Shown piece by piece: positions 1-12,641 of a DNA stretch of 32,465 nucleotides; the stretch's first letter is position 1, and each line of letters begins with the position of its first letter. The DNA comes from Seison nebaliae. Its lineage: Eukaryota. The notes under the pieces are model-generated. The model searched no databases. It worked only from the letters and a program-made list of their open reading frames with translations, and had not been told where the DNA came from. The translations under genes were made by a program, and so were the position numbers. The stretch lies in NCBI GenBank assembly GCA_023231475.1, contig JALJEE010000329.1, positions 1 to 32,465 of the forward strand. Direction: 5' to 3'.

Positions 1-99
1 TGGAAGACGCTTTATCGGTGACATCTAATTTTGATTTGTCTTATCACGTTCCTGAAGCACTCAAGCATTTTATTGTAACGGGCAGGAACCTAATCTTAA

Positions 100-120
100 A
101 TAACTCCTTTAAGGAGTTAT
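100..120. repeat. Perfect palindrome ATAACTCCTT-T-AAGGAGTTAT (10-bp arms)
   Basis: Read directly. It lies next to the dispersed repeat copy at 125-197. Confidence 0.85.
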
Positions 121-124
121 CTTT

Positions 125-197
125 TTTTCTTTTTAATTTACCCCGTGAGGATTTGCTATAAATAAAAAAAAAATATAGCATAGCATTATCATTACAA
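125..197 (+). repeat. Dispersed repeat, copy 1 (similar to 31362-31422)
   Basis: TTTTCTTTTTAATTTaCCCCgtGAGGA..TATAAATAAAAAAA..ATAG.ATAG..ATTA...ATTACAA matches the segment at 31362-31422 in the same orientation. Confidence 0.6.
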
Positions 198-1914
198 TAT
201 AACGAAATTAAAAAAAATAAATTCGATTCTAAATGTGGAACTTTCGCAACTCCAAAGTAATTATTTCCAAAAAGAATATTACTTCAATGAAGTCTCCAAG
301 ATTAAGAAATATAATAATTTATAAGTTATACTTCGTTACTCATTCATTCTTAGTTTAATAAAACTGGAAGTTAATATTTCTTTCACAATTTTATTTATTT
401 TCATTCATAAATTATTTGAATATGATGAATAGAATGATAAGAATTCAACACTTGTTAATAAAATTTAGACACTTCATAATTATGAGACATTTCCAGATAA
501 TTTACAAGTAATGTAAATTGTGTCAACATAGAATAATAAAAAATTTTTGTTAAGATTATCAGAAATTTCAAATCAGAAATTTCATAGACATTTAGTCACT
601 AATTAAATTAACGTAATAATATAATTAATCAGAAGGTAAACGAGAAAAACTCGAATAAAATAATAAATGAGTAATAATTGTGTAGGAGTTGAAAAAGTGA
701 TGACGATTGGAACGGAATGAAACCAAATGAACATTAAAAAATATATGTTTCAGCTTCGTTTTACAAAAAAAAACAAGAAGGAGGTCGATAAGAATAAAAT
801 TGGTGTAAAATTTAGCGAGTGAATGTGAGAGAATGGACAGATTGAAAATTAATTGGAAATGTTCAATATCGTTTGATGGAATGATCTGAAAAAAATTATT
901 AGTAATTCAAATCGAATGACGAGTGTCTAGACGAGAAGATTCTAGAAAGAATGTTGCGCCAGAAAAATTGTTTTATCTTTAAACAAATATCAACTTGGAT
1001 TGATCGGTTAATTATTTAGACTTTCTTCATGGACGAAACTTGTTTGTTTAGAGATTAAATTTATTTTTATTTGTTAAGTAACCGTATTATCAGTTAACGA
1101 GTAGATATTAATGAGAAATTTCTCGATTTTTAATTTATGAAAGATTTTATGTTCGATATTTACATGGGACAAGATGCTAACGTTTTAAAAGTAAGTTTTC
1201 ATTATGATGGTAATGAAATGTTGTTGATGAATGGTTTGACGATTTTAACGTAATAATAATATCTCCCGATGGTTAATTGGCTAGAATAATTCTTTTTCAT
1301 TTCATTCGTTCCATTGATAATTTGATTAATTTCTTCTTGAATAATTTCCTCGAATGTTTTCCGTTTGGCAAATTATCATAATTTTAGTGCTAATTCAATA
1401 TATGTCTCTATCTACAAAAACAATTTTTTATAGTTTTCTTCTCACTTCTATCAACAAAATTATTCTATGGAACAGTTCCCAAAGGACAATGTTTCTTCCT
1501 TCTTGAAATATAGAGTTATTGTATTATTAACAGTTGTTTTTCTATTGACTATTAGTTGGAAGAATGTTAGTTGTTTATGAACTACAAAGAATTATATTGG
1601 TGTAGTAGAACAACAAGTTTGATTAATAATGACAATCGCTAGAATTCGCAGATGACCTTCCAAGACGAAATTCTTTAATCGTCAAATTATCATTCTTATA
1701 ATCATCAGCTAATGATAAGTAGCGACGAATGAGAAAATGTTTTTTTCTCAAGAGTATTCTCAATTTCTTTCTCCTAATATGTATTTTGTAATTTTTACAA
1801 GTACATGTAATCTTTAATTCGTATATCTTCTCATTCTTCTCAAACTATTTCTTTCCATCATCATTTTGTGCAATTACTAATTTTTTCTTCTTCAGATTTA
1901 TTCCTCCCATAATC

Positions 1915-3198
1915 ATGAATGACGATATTAAGAAATATGACGAAGAGTTACGTAATGAAGCTTTGTCTTATCACATTGATCCAGAACCGGGTAAATTGAG
2001 TGTGATATCGAGCAAGCCACTTCATACTCAGAAGCATTTGTCTTTGGCTTATTCGCCTGGAGTGGCTTATCCGTGTTTAGAGATATCTAAAGATCCGAAA
2101 ACTTCTTATCAATATACATCTCGTGGTAATTTAGTTGGAGTGATTTCGAATGGAACAGCCGTTCTGGGATTGGGAAACATCGGAGCAGCAGCATCAAAAC
2201 CAGTGATGGAAGGGAAAGCGTTATTATTTAAGAAGTTTGCAAATATCGATTCATTCGACATAGAAGTTGAGGAGACGAATATCGAAAAATTTGTTCAAAT
2301 TGTTAAAGGAATAGCAATAACTTTTGGAGGTATAAATCTGGAAGATATTAAGGCACCGGAATGTTTCGAAATCGAACGACGCCTCATCGAAGAATTAGAT
2401 ATTCCAGTCATGCACGATGATCAACATGGAACGGCTATTATTACAAGTGCCGCATTAATCAATTCATGTCGATTATTAAAGAAAAATATATCGTCATTGA
2501 AAATTGTTGTTGTTGGTGCTGGAGCGGCAGCGATTCCATGTGCTCGAATGTACAAGACAATTGGAGTGAAAAATATTTATATGATTGATTCAAGAGGATT
2601 AATAACTGACGATCGACAGAATTTAACTAGTTATAAAAAAGAATTCGCTTGTCCATCAACCGAAACGAAAGAATCAGTTTTTCAAAATGCTGATGTTATT
2701 TTAGGATTAAGTTTCCCCGGTACTTTCACCATCGATGATATTAAAAAGATGAATAAAGAATGTATCATTTTTGCGTTAGCTAATCCAACACCAGAATTGT
2801 ATCCGAATGAAATTAAAGAAGTACGACCAGAAGCTATCGTTGCAACAGGACGAAGTGATTTCGATAATCAAGTGAATAATGCTATTGCTTTCCCTTATAT
2901 CTTCCGAGGAGCGTTAGATTGTCGAGCGAAACATATTAATATGGAAATGAAAGTTGCAGCAGCTGAAGCAATTGCCGAATTAGCACGAGAAGAAGTACCA
3001 GCAATGATTCGTCAAATATTTGGAAAGAAGATATCATTCTCAAAAGATTATATCATACCGAAACCGTTCGATAAACGTCTATTAACGAAAGTATCAATAG
3101 CAGTAGCGAAAACAGCTCTATCTACCAAAGTAGCACCGTCAGATTTCGATTTAGATGAATATCAAACAAAATTAGAAAAAATGGAAGAAACATCATAA
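1915..3198 (+). CDS. maeB-like: Bacterial-type NAD(P)-dependent malic enzyme (MaeB malic-enzyme domain without the PTA domain), 427 aa, intronless
   Basis: Motifs [81 protein letters not shown] and [11 protein letters not shown] are typical of the prokaryotic small-subunit/MaeB family. They are not those of animal ME1-3. Confidence 0.93.
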   Translation: MNDDIKKYDEELRNEALSYHIDPEPGKLSVISSKPLHTQKHLSLAYSPGVAYPCLEISKDPKTSYQYTSRGNLVGVISNGTAVLGLGNIGAAASKPVMEGKALLFKKFANIDSFDIEVEETNIEKFVQIVKGIAITFGGINLEDIKAPECFEIERRLIEELDIPVMHDDQHGTAIITSAALINSCRLLKKNISSLKIVVVGAGAAAIPCARMYKTIGVKNIYMIDSRGLITDDRQNLTSYKKEFACPSTETKESVFQNADVILGLSFPGTFTIDDIKKMNKECIIFALANPTPELYPNEIKEVRPEAIVATGRSDFDNQVNNAIAFPYIFRGALDCRAKHINMEMKVAAAEAIAELAREEVPAMIRQIFGKKISFSKDYIIPKPFDKRLLTKVSIAVAKTALSTKVAPSDFDLDEYQTKLEKMEETS

Positions 3199-3257
3199 GA
3201 AATTTTAATTTAATCGTAACAAAATAATTTAGTGTTGTTGTGAGAATTTTCTTTAAA

Positions 3258-4978
3258 TTATTCTTCTCTTTTCATCATTTCTTCAATCTCGTCAATTGTT
3301 CTCGGCACTTTCGTTAGTAATTCATTCCCGTTATAATTTATGTAAACATTGTCTTCAATTCGTATCTATATAAATAGAGTTATTGAAAAGTATTTTTTAT
3401 AATAAATTTTATTATTCTTTTATTACTAACACCACCAAATGATCGATATTCATTAATTTTATCGAAATTTAAATATTCTTTCAATTCTTCGTCCATTTCC
3501 GCTTCTTTCAATAAATGTTCGATGAAATAAATTCCTGGTTCGATGGTGAGAACCATTCCCTTTTCCAACGGACGATTTAATCGTAATGATTTCAATCCTC
3601 GTTCTGTCGATCTCTTCTCATCATTATGATTCTTATATCCACCCACATCGTGAACATCCAAACCCATCAGATGTCCCAAACCGTGAGGCATAAAAATACC
3701 ACCAATTCTTTTCTTAACCATGTCAGATATGATGGAATTTTCCTCTTCATTTTCCTTATCCATTTCGTATGGATCTGATCCATATGGTAAACCGTCGACG
3801 GTGGTACATTCCCCTTCATTCGTCTTCTTTATTGGAAGATGATTTTTTGTCTTCTTTACGAGACCTAAACGGAATAAATGTCGCAATTGAATGGCGTCAG
3901 CTAAACAATGTAGTTTCGACCATTCCATTCCTGGTTTGGCTACTTTGAACACTTGTCTATTCGCTTCCAAAACTGCCAAATAAATATTTTTTTGTTTCTC
4001 TGTAAATTTTCCGTTTGCAGGAAATGATGTGGTAATATCGGAAGCGTATCGATAATATTCACCACCCATATCGAAAAGACACATATCATTATTTTTAATT
4101 AATTTCGAATTAGGCTTACCCGAATGACCATAATGAAGGATTGATCCATTCGTTCCAGTTCCACAAATGCAGGTATAAGAAACGAATCTCATTCCTCCTT
4201 TCGAATAACAATAATGAAGGAATTCACTTTCCATTTCATATTCATATCGTCCCACTCGAATATTCTTCATCACATGACAATGCGCTTCACTGCTGATTTT
4301 GTTCGTATATCTTAAAATTCTCAATTCTTCATCTGATTTTATCAATCGACATTCCACCATCACTCCATGAAGAATCTTCTCATCAATCTCAACATTAGGA
4401 AGACCTTTCAAATATTTCTCATCAATTTTTAATGGCGTTTTCAATCCACTATCTACATTTCTACCATTCAAGAAATAAAGTTTCTTCACTTCTAATTTCT
4501 CTTTCAAAAATTCCACCATTTCACAATCATATAAACAATCCGCTACGGAATAATATTCCTTAAATTGTTTATTAGTCATTAAAGCACCCATCCATGTGGC
4601 ATAAGCTTCAGGTAATTTAGGAGAAAATAAGAATGATTTACCACTTCCCAAATCAATGGCACCGAAAAATCCAGGATCCGTAACACCAAACGCCCAATGG
4701 AAGAAAGTTTCCTGACGGAATAGAATGTCGACATCACTACAATAGATCGGTTGTTCCTCGCCTCCTTTCAACCAAATGACATGGCCAGAAAAATTGTATT
4801 TATCATCTGATGATATCGTTTTTTTTATTGAAGCCATTAATCTCTTTCGATTGTTACCACATAAACCTTTAATATCGATCGGTAACGTATCATTACCCAT
4901 CCAATATTGGGATCTATTATTAGTGGACAATAAGAAATTTCAGTAAAAACTATCAAACTTTTTTTCCGTTTCTGACAT
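3258..4978 (-). CDS. PEPD: Xaa-Pro dipeptidase (prolidase). Exons 4978-4959, 4913-3431, 3365-3258
   Basis: Motifs FRQETFFHWAFG, LHYGH, FDMGGEY..YASDIT, PHGLGH.MGLDVHDVGG and LTIEPGIYF. A 45-nt intron supplies the ATG exon (MSETEKK). A 65-nt intron restores the conserved GG|IRIED...LLTKVPRT C-terminus. Confidence 0.93.
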
Positions 4979-5628
4979 TTTTTTAAAAATTTCTATCTAA
5001 TTTAAGAAATCAAAAAATATTGTACATTTCGTAAAACAAATTTTATTCAAAATAAATCGAGACGAACTAAATTACTTGGATTACTATATAAGTTTCGAAA
5101 GTAAAAGGGAAATCTCATTAACTTTATGTTTCTTAATTTCGACACTTATGAGAGGAATGAGAGGAAAATATTTAGAAATTGTTAGTTAATTATAAATTGT
5201 ATAAATATGACATTTGTTTGACGGGAATTGGGATGATGAGATGAATTAAAGTCCATTACCTCGAAGTCAATGAGATAAGTCAAATGACTTATCAAATCGA
5301 CATGTTTAAAATTGAAATTTTTATGAAATATATACAAAATTTACTTTTATTAAATTAACAAAAAATAAAGTTTTCAAATTTTAATTTAACTATCTTCATA
5401 AAGATCGAAATTGAAATAGAATAAGAAAATAATTATGAATATTTTTCAAATGTATGAAGATATTATTAAAAAATGAAAGCCAAATTTTTAAATCAGAAAA
5501 TTCTAGTTAATTTGATGAATAATAACCGATGAGTTATTTTTGGGTGACTCTATGGTGATTCATGTTACTATGACGATTATATTGCCATCTTCAGAAACTT
5601 TAAAAAACAGAATACGCATGAAAGTCAG

Positions 5629-8600
5629 ATGAATAAAATTGAAGATTATCATATACTTCGAGTCATTGGCGAGGGGTCATTCGCCAAAGTATACAGCGGA
5701 CGAAAAGTTGGTGGTCTAAAAGTTAGTTCTCAACTTTGTTCGAGATTGACAATGTAATTGAATTAGATTGTTGCTTTGAAAGCGATAGTGAAGAAAGGTA
5801 AATCATTGAAAGATTTGAAGACATTGAAAAGTGAGATTGATGTTTTGAAGAATGTTAAACATCCGAATGTCATTCAATTATTCGATTGTAAAGAGAATTC
5901 GGAAGAACTTATTCTCGTAACGGAATATGCTGAGACGGATCTCCATACGATATTGAAAGATGACAAATTTTTTGAGGAAACTGAAGTGAGGCGATTAACG
6001 AAACAATTAATATCAGCTCTTCATTTTCTCCATTCCAATCGAGTACTACATCGTGATTTGAAACCTCAGAATATTCTCTTGTCGAAAGATGGCAATGTAA
6101 AACTATGTGATTTCGGTTTCGCTCGTTTGATGAGTTTCGAGACGATGGTCGTCACCTCAATAAAAGGAACTCCCTTATATATGAGTCCGGAATTGTTGGA
6201 AGAAAAACCGTACGACCATAATGTGGACTTGTGGGCTTTGGGCTGTATCATATTCGAAATGAGAATAGGTCAACCTCCATATTATGCGACAAATTTGTAT
6301 CAATTAATGAAAATAGTTTTGAAAGAAAATATCAAATGGCCATCGAAAGATGTCATGAGTTCTGATTTACAAAGTCTATTAATGCAGTTATTAGAGAGGA
6401 AACCAGAGAACCGATTAACTTGGCCACTTTTATTAGATCATCCTTTTGTGAAGGATGATGGTGATATAATTTTACATTCGTTCGACATATCGAAAGCTCC
6501 TTTAACGGCCGAATTAACAGAAGAACAACGTAATCGAAAGAAGAAACAAATCAAACAATACGAATTAAGAGGATCATCTAATTCGGTATTGGCTAAAGCT
6601 CGACGTCATTATCAGAATGAAACTGAAAATAAAAAGAAACAGAAATTACAATTCGTCGAGAAACAGAGAGAACAGCAAAAGAATCGTATTGCTCAATTAG
6701 CAGCGAAGAATTTTAAATCGGAAACGAAGAAAACAGAAACTGTGAAAGTAAACAAATTAGATGAGACTTTGAAGAAATCCGATTTGGACGAATCGACAGC
6801 GACATTGGCACCTCAAAATAATGAGCAAGAATTAGATTCGATTGATTTGGAACAGATAAATTATAAATCGAATAAAAAAGAATCGTCGTCAGCACCAACA
6901 ACAAATCGTAAAGCTGAATCTATTAAGAATGAGGAAGGGGATGATGATAATTATGAATATATCGATCATGAGAATCATGAAGGAATGGTGAGGAATGAAA
7001 CGAATGAATGGTATACATTATTTGAACGACTAATGTTACTTCATAATGATATGGCGACAGCGGAGACGGATGAAGGAGCCTTACAATCCTTCCAAGAAAT
7101 GGATTCGATAATAATTCCCTTAATATCCAACCAGAAATTCATTGAACAATTTAATGAGATTCTCGAACATAATTTCTTATCATTCAACGAATCCATCAGT
7201 CGATATTTGAACAACGGTCAATTGGAACAATTGATTAATAAGGACCATGTCCAAATGACGAGTAACTTCTTAACGAATCTCTTACATATTGCTCATCTGA
7301 TGTTTCTCCATCTTTTGAAACGACAACAAATGGAAAATGATGATATATATGTGAAACAATTACTCGACTTTCTATACGAACAACAGATATTTGATTTGAT
7401 TGTGAACGAAATCCATTTTCTCCTTCATGGTAATGAGACGATGGATAAACAAATGAATCGAAATGATATTCAAACACTTCTTAATCAAATGCTATTAAAT
7501 GTTCCGAATATTCGAGATGTTCTCTTCGAATCAGTCAACTTCTGTCAACTTTTCCAACAAATTGCACCGTTAGCTAATTTATATTATTCGACGTTAACAG
7601 AATCGAATTATAATATGAAATTCGATCGTGAAAATGATTTCATGAAAAAATTGACAAATCGACATATCTCCAATTTATTGAAATTATGTCGGTCAATGCA
7701 ATCAATATGGAACTTATCGATCATGATCAATATCGATATGTTTCTCTATCAATATTCATTATGTATATTCATTCAAATATTCGAACAAATCGAACAACAA
7801 CCGTTGACAATCGCCAACGAATTCTTCAGTTTCATCTGTCAAACTGACAAACAATCAAAAACTGATTCAATTACTCAATTGAAATCGATTATTACAATCG
7901 CCCTCATTCCATTCACATGGCAAATGACGAGAAATGAGAACAATAAATTTTCGTTGATTCAAACAACGAAAAACCTGGGAAATTTTCAGGAAATCCAATT
8001 CGAAAAATTGTCGTTAGAAGAATTGGAATGTGAGAATATCACTCAATTTAATCATCGATTGAACACCGTGAAAAATTTAGCGGCGACATTGTTAACTGCA
8101 ATGACATTTATGCAAATCGATCATCGAATTGATATAGATCATTATTCGAAAATTCATCCGAATTATTCGAAAGATATCGAATATTGTCGTTGTCAATTCC
8201 GAAATAATATTCAAGAAATATTTGAATGGAAATCTAGCGAGAGATCATTCCCGATAAATTATTCGCAGAAATATGAAATGACGAAAATCATCAGCAGGAA
8301 ATTTGCTGATGGACAACTAAATATTTCAGATTTGTTATTCGATCTCCATCAACCACTCTCCACTTTATCGACGATATTCAAATTTTTGTATTCCTGTTGT
8401 CAGACGTCGAAAGAATTCTGTCGCTACACTCAACGATGTCCTTTAAAGCGATTAATGTTGTTCACATCGAATGTTCCAAGTACAATAAATTATAATAACA
8501 ATAAAGAAATAAGAAATTTATCTTTGCTCCAATATTTTAGTTTGCGACTTTTGGTTTCTCATTTTATTAAGTTTTGAGGAATTTTTAACATTATTTCTTT

Positions 8601-11600
8601 CTAGAGTTCTGCTCAAAACGAGATGGATAACGAATGTTTAAAATTGAGATTGGAAGCATATGAATTATGTACACATTTATATACCGTATGTATATTGAAC
8701 AATCCTGAAGATATTTCTCAAATGTTAAAATTTCCATTTATTTCAAATTTTAATTTCATTTCCAATTTTAGTGATATCAAAATTTGTAATTCACTTTATT
8801 TGAATGGGAGGACGAGTAATATTTGTGGGGGAACATCATTATTATATGGAAGTATTTTAAAGATTATCGATAATCAAAACAGTTCATCAATCCTCATGAA
8901 CATGGGGAAAGGAAAATCGAATAATCTGTACGAATTCAATGAGAAATCAGATCCATTATTCCAATATCTGAACTCGAACGAAGACATCGATATTATTCGT
9001 GATTTGTTAGATGAGAATCAAGGAATTATTATCAATCAAATGGATATTATGAGATCGCTGACTATCGCATTAGCTCCAACAAAGAAACGGACGAATTCTT
9101 TCGAGGAACGAGATTCATTAATCGATGAAAATGAATATATCAAATTATTGATCGATGGAAATTGGAGGAAATTATTCTTTCATTATTATGTCGAATCGAA
9201 TAAATCGAATAATAGTGAACGACGTGGTAGTACGTCGACGGGAAGCAACTCTTTAACATCATCATCATTGGTGGTACCATTGATTCCATTTCCATATAAA
9301 TATGGTGTTGTTGATGGAATTATTTTATTATTACATGCATTATTCGTCGATGAGAATGATTATCTGATGCAGAATGCTTTATTATTCCAAACGGATATTT
9401 TGAATTTACTCGCACAGAAAATTTATCCGTTATTATCATGGTATCGGAATAAAGATTCTTGTGACTTACCACAAAATATCAGTCAATTAAAATATCGATT
9501 CGATCCGTTGTATATGAATGCAATGTCAATTCTCCCCTTATTTCAATTCATTTTTAAGATTTGTGATGATTCTATGAATAATTGTCATACTTTACTTTTC
9601 GGGTTATTCACCGAAAACAAATCGGAGGAAGTCATGTCAACCGATCGAAGTGATACTGATTCGGGAATACAAAATGAATCGAATGCAATTAACGATAATA
9701 ATTCATCTTCATCTTTATGTTTATTTGATCTGATTACGTTAATGATCGATCCAAATATTCTCATCAGTTTATTATTCGAATTGAATGAATATGAGAAGAT
9801 TTCGCAACGATTATCCAATGCTTCAATTACACCGATCTCTTCCAGAATTGCTAATGATTTGATCGAATTAAGAAATCCATTTATGAATATGACATTTAAT
9901 AATTTCTTAAAATTCTCTCATATGCACAATGTTGGAGTGAAGGATTTGTCCGAAAAGATCGTTTCCAATTTATTTCATTCGATTTCCATTATTCTTTGTA
10001 TGCCATTCACTTTATCATATAGCGGTTTTCATTCCTTTCAATTTTATTCTTTTTAAGTTTATATTATTTTTATTTCTTCAGATGAATCGATGAAACAATT
10101 AATTAAACAGTATTATATTGATAAGAAACATTTCCTCTTATCGAATTGTCTGAAGACAATTATCGTTTTACATAATCGAAATATTCCATTCGATATCAGT
10201 GAACCATTGACGATGATGTCGTATCTTTTACGTTTATACGGAAAGGAAATATTGGAACATAATCAGAAGCATTTATTTCAAAGGAAAAAACGTGAAAGTC
10301 CATTTATCAAAGATGTGAAAACGTTCAATAATCTCATTACAAAATCACAAATTATAAAAAAAATATTTTTGTATATTTGGATTATTAATCGATGTTCTAC
10401 ACAAAACACTCAGACGAAAAATAAAAAAGTGGAAATGTATTCGAAGAAGATTTTCAATAATGTTGGTGAATATGAACAGAATTTCTTCTTGACTACCCGA
10501 ATTAGTGAAGACACGTTGAAAGATGAAGATTTTTCAGATTTATCTCAGAAAAAGGATTTGGAGAAATCGATAAGATTACAAAATATTATTACATCCGATT
10601 CATTATCAAAATCATTAATCTTTAGTCTATTTCAAAATATATCAGATGATATGGAAATGAGTGACGATGGTAACGGAAATAACAAATTATCAAATCCAAA
10701 AACTTCATTACGATATTCGTTGCTGAAAAAGAAACTGAATAATGTGAATGATTCTAATATCATTCAAAAATCACTTTATGATTTCCTCTCCATCTTGGAA
10801 TATTTGTTGAGATTGTTCGTGAAGAATCCATTGCACGAAATGACACAACAAAAGAATGATTTAAAAGAGAATGTTTCAATGATTATTTTCAATTCATTTG
10901 AAACGTTCAAATCCATCATCGATTTACTCACAATGGGAATTGAAGGAAAAAATAAAGTTTTATTATTGTCCTCCATCTGTCAACATTCCGATGAGAATCT
11001 AATGGCAATCTCATTTTCTATCGTCTCCCAATTGATTTATATCCAATCAATAATTAATCAACGAATAAATAATAAAGAGAAATCTCAATGTATCTTACAT
11101 AGATTGATGTCAACAAGTGATCTTGAGAAATATTCTTCATTCTTTTCCTTAGATGACCATCCGTTCTCCATGGATATTATCGTGTCAAATTATATGCCAT
11201 ATATTCTCAGCAAATCGTCTCAATCCAAATTATCGATGAAAGTTCAATTAATATTCCATTTATTCATTTTTAAATTTATCATTATTAATTTTTTCTTCTT
11301 CTAGTGGAGTATTATTGTTCTTTATGAAATGATTTATTTTATGGAACATTTATATTACGTGAATAAGAAGATAGTTGAGAATTATTTCATTTTCGAATCA
11401 ACTCCATCCACAACGATATCGAAAAACAAATTGAATATATTCCAATTATACAACATACTCCAATTACCGTTAGTTGATGATATTGTGATGAAAGTGAAAA
11501 TCAAATCATTGGGTTAATAATAAAATTTTCCGATAATGATTACTTAACATTCTCCTTTTCAGAAATATTGGCAAAATTAGCAATTATCCTTCCGGATTTC

Positions 11601-12572
11601 TCGAAATATGTTCGGAGTTCGAGTAGATCGTCGAGTGGTCGACCGACAAGTTCTCGACCGGTTTATCGTTCAAGAAACAGTGAGATTTCGAAAGATGAGA
11701 AATGTATGAATGATCATTTTGCTAATTCTCAAATATTTCGACAACTTTCTCGAATATTTATCTTTCTTATCAGTCTATTACCGGAGGAGAACATCTCCGA
11801 ATCGTACATATCGAACGAAGAGATTCGATTACAAATTTGTATTTTGAACGTTCTCGTCAAATATTGTGAAAGAGATGATGCCATGATCTTTGTTTTTCCC
11901 ATATTAATACAGACGAATATTATGAAATTATTACATTCGGATGACGATTCTCAACCAACTCATTCACGGAGAACATCAATCGATTCAATAAATGGTGAAA
12001 AGACACCATCGATTTCCACTCTAAATCGATTACATGTCAGATTGAAAGTATTATTTAATTATTATATGAAGAAAACTGGAAGATTACGAGCATCTTCTCA
12101 AAAATCTCTTAATGGAATCAAATCCACCATCTCATCATCTTCATCATCAATTTTATTACATCCTGCAAATGATTCCATAATCCATTCAACTGATTCCAAT
12201 GTAACACAAATTACCGGTACCATGAGAAAATATGCAATTAATCGACCCGATTCCTGTAGAAGTGACACATCAAAATCTAATACGAACTTAACAAGAAAAC
12301 CACCCGCCAAATCGAGAACGAATATCAAATCTGCGAATAATCGTCAAAATTCTTCTATGGTTTCTTCCGTTTCTTCATCGAAACTTACGACAGATACATG
12401 TCGATTAGATGATGGGAATTCGTTGAAAATTGAAGGAAAATCAATAAAGAAATGTTTAACAGAACGACGAATACTTTCCGCTCGTACTCCCAGATCGATC
12501 GCTTCTCCCAGAAGTAGAAGTCGCTCAAATTCATCAGCATCAGATCGTCGTCCAAATTTATCAGTTCGGTAA
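5629..12572 (+). CDS. STK36: Fused/STK36 Ser/Thr kinase, ~2,200 aa. Exons 5629-5721, 5767-8553, 8605-8723, 8772-10024, 10082-11241, 11305-11512, 11563-12572
   Basis: Exon 1 supplies IGEGSFAKVY. It is followed by VALK, HRDLKPQN, DFGFAR and the STK36-type TSIKGTPLYMSPELLEEKPYDH..DLW. Five ORFs join in frame through GT-AG introns of 45-63 nt. The 8724-8771 intron is 3n and stopless, so it is less certain. Confidence 0.85.
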
Positions 12573-12641
12573 TATAAAACGAAAATTTTTTTGGTAATTT
12601 ATATAAAAATTTTTGGTGTTTTAATTTTTCGTACAAAATAT

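Noticed and set aside
1137..1196. Short ORF MKDFMFDIYMGQDANVLK ending at a GTAAGT donor, as a first coding exon of the malic enzyme
   Set aside because: Splicing to the 1895 acceptor is out of frame and hits a stop. It could only be a UTR exon or part of an unresolved gene.
1467..1580. Small hydrophobic ORF (MEQFPKDN...VIVLLTVVFLLTISW)
   Set aside because: Under 40 aa with no recognisable homology. Hydrophobic ORFs arise by chance in AT-rich DNA.
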